From the NCBI GenBank assembly GCA_051747585.1, contig JBNJGH010000023.1:1-24655 (forward strand): 24,655 nt of DNA, read 5' to 3'. The position numbers and the translations under genes were made by a program. The notes under the pieces are model-generated. The model was given only the letters and a program-made list of their open reading frames with translations, searched no databases and had not been told where the DNA came from. Positions within the stretch are counted from its first letter, which is position 1; every line of letters begins with the position of its first letter. Origin of the DNA: Candidatus Rifleibacteriota bacterium (GTDB taxonomy: Bacteria > Muiribacteriota > Ozemobacteria > Ozemobacterales > Ozemobacteraceae). Shown piece after piece: positions 22,789 through 24,655 of the stretch.

Positions 22789-24489
22789 TTAAACATCAAA
22801 CACTTTGGTTAATTCTTTATAGTTATCAAGTTTTTTATTAGCCTTTTCTATTTCTTTTTCAGCATCTTTAATGCCCTTCATTTTTTGCTGAACTTCGCTG
22901 GAATTGTCGGCATCATAGATGTCCATATCATCTAATTCAGCTTGGAGTTGGCTGATCGTTTCGTTTTGTTTGTCGATTTTCTGGTTAAGCTCATCTGCCT
23001 TTTCTTCAGATTTTTCAAGAGCTGTTTCCATTTTTTTCCAGGCTTTTTCAAGTTTTTCTTTAACTTGTTGTATCCGTTTGCCAGTGCTTTTTATGGTGCT
23101 TCCAAAGATACCAAGAAATCTATCGGTTTTTCCTTCTTTAACCTGTTTTTCGTATCTGGTTTGCAGGGTTTTAAGCTCTTTTTGCAGGCCTTTGATGTTG
23201 TATTGAGGATAATCTTGTGCGCGAACAAACACTAAGAACTCGGTTGTGCCGCCAAAGAAACCTTCGCTCAGTAACTTGGAACCATTTCTAATAGCTTTGT
23301 AATAATCTTTGTTTTCGGAAACATCAGGCATCCCGATTTCTGATAGCATTTTTGCATAGCGTTCATTAGCTGCTTGCTTAATTTCTTCTTCTTGAGCGGC
23401 TGCGTCTTCGTCTTCTTCTTCTTCAACTGCCTGTTCATTTTCGTCTTCATCAGCTTGCTGATCAGCGGCCTGTTCTTGCTGCCCTTCGTCTTCAGTGATC
23501 GACTCTGTTTCTGTTTCATCTTCTGAAGCCTGTGCGTCTTCATTTTGAGCCTCATCTTCGCCTTCATCTATAACTACTTCTGTTTCGTCTTCTACTACAG
23601 AATCAGTTCCATTTTCGGCTTCTTCTGCCGCTTCCTCTTCTTGAGCTTCGGCAGCAGCGGCGGCTTCAGCATCCATTTCGGAAATATCTTGATTGGTTAG
23701 AGGCTCATTGTTAGCATCTACCAGCTGAATATTTCCGAGCCGGTCGATTCGGTAGGTATATCCAGCCGGCGGATTCATTGCCATCCATTCTTCTTCGGAC
23801 ATAAAGCCATTATCAATTAAAAATCTGATTGTATCGGGATTCAAAGCTGCAATTCTTTTTCCTTGAGACAAAAGTCGGCGATTTGCGCTGTCTACAGCAT
23901 TTTGCAGCTTGGCAATTTTTTCTTTAACTGAAAATTCAGGAAGCGAGGTTATTTCTTCGGCTGATGAGCTGTCGTCATCATCTATTTCAACAGCAGGAAT
24001 TGTTTCTTCTTCCTGGTCTTCATCTGCAGGTTGCTCTTCAGGAGCTTCTGCTTCCTGCTGGTCAACAGGAATTTCAAGTTCCCAACCAGATAAAATAAGG
24101 TCGGGGTTTTTTTCGAGAGATGGATATTTATCTTTATTTGCTTCAATTATTTCCCAGTATCGGCTGCCATCACCAAGCAGTTTTTGGGCTATGACCCAAA
24201 GTGATTCACCGGATTTAACTGTATGTTCAATAATCTCTTTAGCTTGTTCTTCGGTTTCTTCAACAGCTTCTTCGACTATTTCTTCGGCTTCTTCTATATC
24301 ATCTCGAATTTCTTCGATTTCTTCTACGACTGCGGGCACATTGGTTTGTACCTCAAATGGATCTTCACTTGTTGCCTGCGGATCAACAACCACAGTGTCT
24401 TCGTCAAAAGGCTGGGTCGAAGCCTGAAGACCGGGCGTAATAAGCAATGTAATAATTGCCAGGCCAAATATCAGTCTGACACCTTTCAT
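22789..24489 (-). CDS. Exported LysM-domain protein with long acidic linkers and C-terminal coiled coil
   Basis: GAGGTG Shine-Dalgarno before ATG 24489, signal peptide, HTVKSGESLWVIAQKLLGDGSRYWEIIEAN...NPDLILSGWELEIP LysM, E/D-rich tracts, heptad-rich tail. Confidence 0.88.
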   Translation of the reverse strand: MKGVRLIFGLAIITLLITPGLQASTQPFDEDTVVVDPQATSEDPFEVQTNVPAVVEEIEEIRDDIEEAEEIVEEAVEETEEQAKEIIEHTVKSGESLWVIAQKLLGDGSRYWEIIEANKDKYPSLEKNPDLILSGWELEIPVDQQEAEAPEEQPADEDQEEETIPAVEIDDDDSSSAEEITSLPEFSVKEKIAKLQNAVDSANRRLLSQGKRIAALNPDTIRFLIDNGFMSEEEWMAMNPPAGYTYRIDRLGNIQLVDANNEPLTNQDISEMDAEAAAAAEAQEEEAAEEAENGTDSVVEDETEVVIDEGEDEAQNEDAQASEDETETESITEDEGQQEQAADQQADEDENEQAVEEEEDEDAAAQEEEIKQAANERYAKMLSEIGMPDVSENKDYYKAIRNGSKLLSEGFFGGTTEFLVFVRAQDYPQYNIKGLQKELKTLQTRYEKQVKEGKTDRFLGIFGSTIKSTGKRIQQVKEKLEKAWKKMETALEKSEEKADELNQKIDKQNETISQLQAELDDMDIYDADNSSEVQQKMKGIKDAEKEIEKANKKLDNYKELTKVFDV

Positions 24490-24526
24490 ATCTGTCACCT
24501 CACGAATAGAAATTGGTCTGTTACTA

Positions 24527-24556
24527 ATTATACTGATAATACGTTTAAACTGTAAA
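24527..24556 (-). promoter_or_regulatory. Putative sigma70 promoter of the LysM gene
   Basis: Minus strand TTTACA (24556-24551), 18-bp spacer, TATAAT (24532-24527). Confidence 0.5.
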
Positions 24557-24655
24557 AAAAGTTTACGTTTTTTTTATTTAATTTTAAAACAGTCAGCCTG
24601 GAGTTCGTCTATAAACAGATTCGGTGAGCCAGAAAAAAATTGTTAATGTACCAGC

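Noticed and set aside
22919..24555. Antisense and alternate-frame ORFs over the LysM gene, and similar shadow ORFs across the window
   Set aside because: Ser/Phe-rich mirror translations of biased codons in well-supported genes
1..24655. Autonomous transposase, RAYT, integrase or defence genes
   Set aside because: No ORF shows DDE, HUH, tyrosine/serine recombinase or Cas motifs; any mobilising enzyme must be encoded outside this window

Overview
AT-rich bacterial chromosomal window, probably from a diderm anaerobe (taxon not assignable from sequence alone), with 21 credible protein-coding genes. Minus strand, left half: a tetrapyrrole operon (ccsA/hemX-like, sirC, hemA, hemC, cobA-hemD fusion), preceded by a five-gene cassette (two TlpA-like thioredoxins, a parvulin/SurA-like foldase, a HAMP membrane protein, and an exported multiheme cytochrome c with 10 CXXCH plus one CXXCQ), and an RDD gene. 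Middle: a YfcE-like phosphoesterase, a Dpp/Gsi-type ABC binding protein and two permeases without an ATPase, a C26 gamma-glutamyl hydrolase, an exported hypothetical protein and a UbiA-family phosphoribosyltransferase. Right: a B12/radical-SAM-like protein lacking CX3CX2C, aroQ, a U32 hydroxylase-family protein, a USP, a TolB-like propeller and an acidic LysM protein. The most novel signal is non-coding. Two transposase-less elements (5317-5558 and about 17071-17486) share an identical 89-bp right arm and terminal inverted repeat, each is flanked by its own direct repeat, and they carry completely different, highly structured palindromic interiors (nested REP-like units versus a four-way-junction cloverleaf). 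Both sit in promoter regions. All alignments and motif counts were done by eye; no database search was run.
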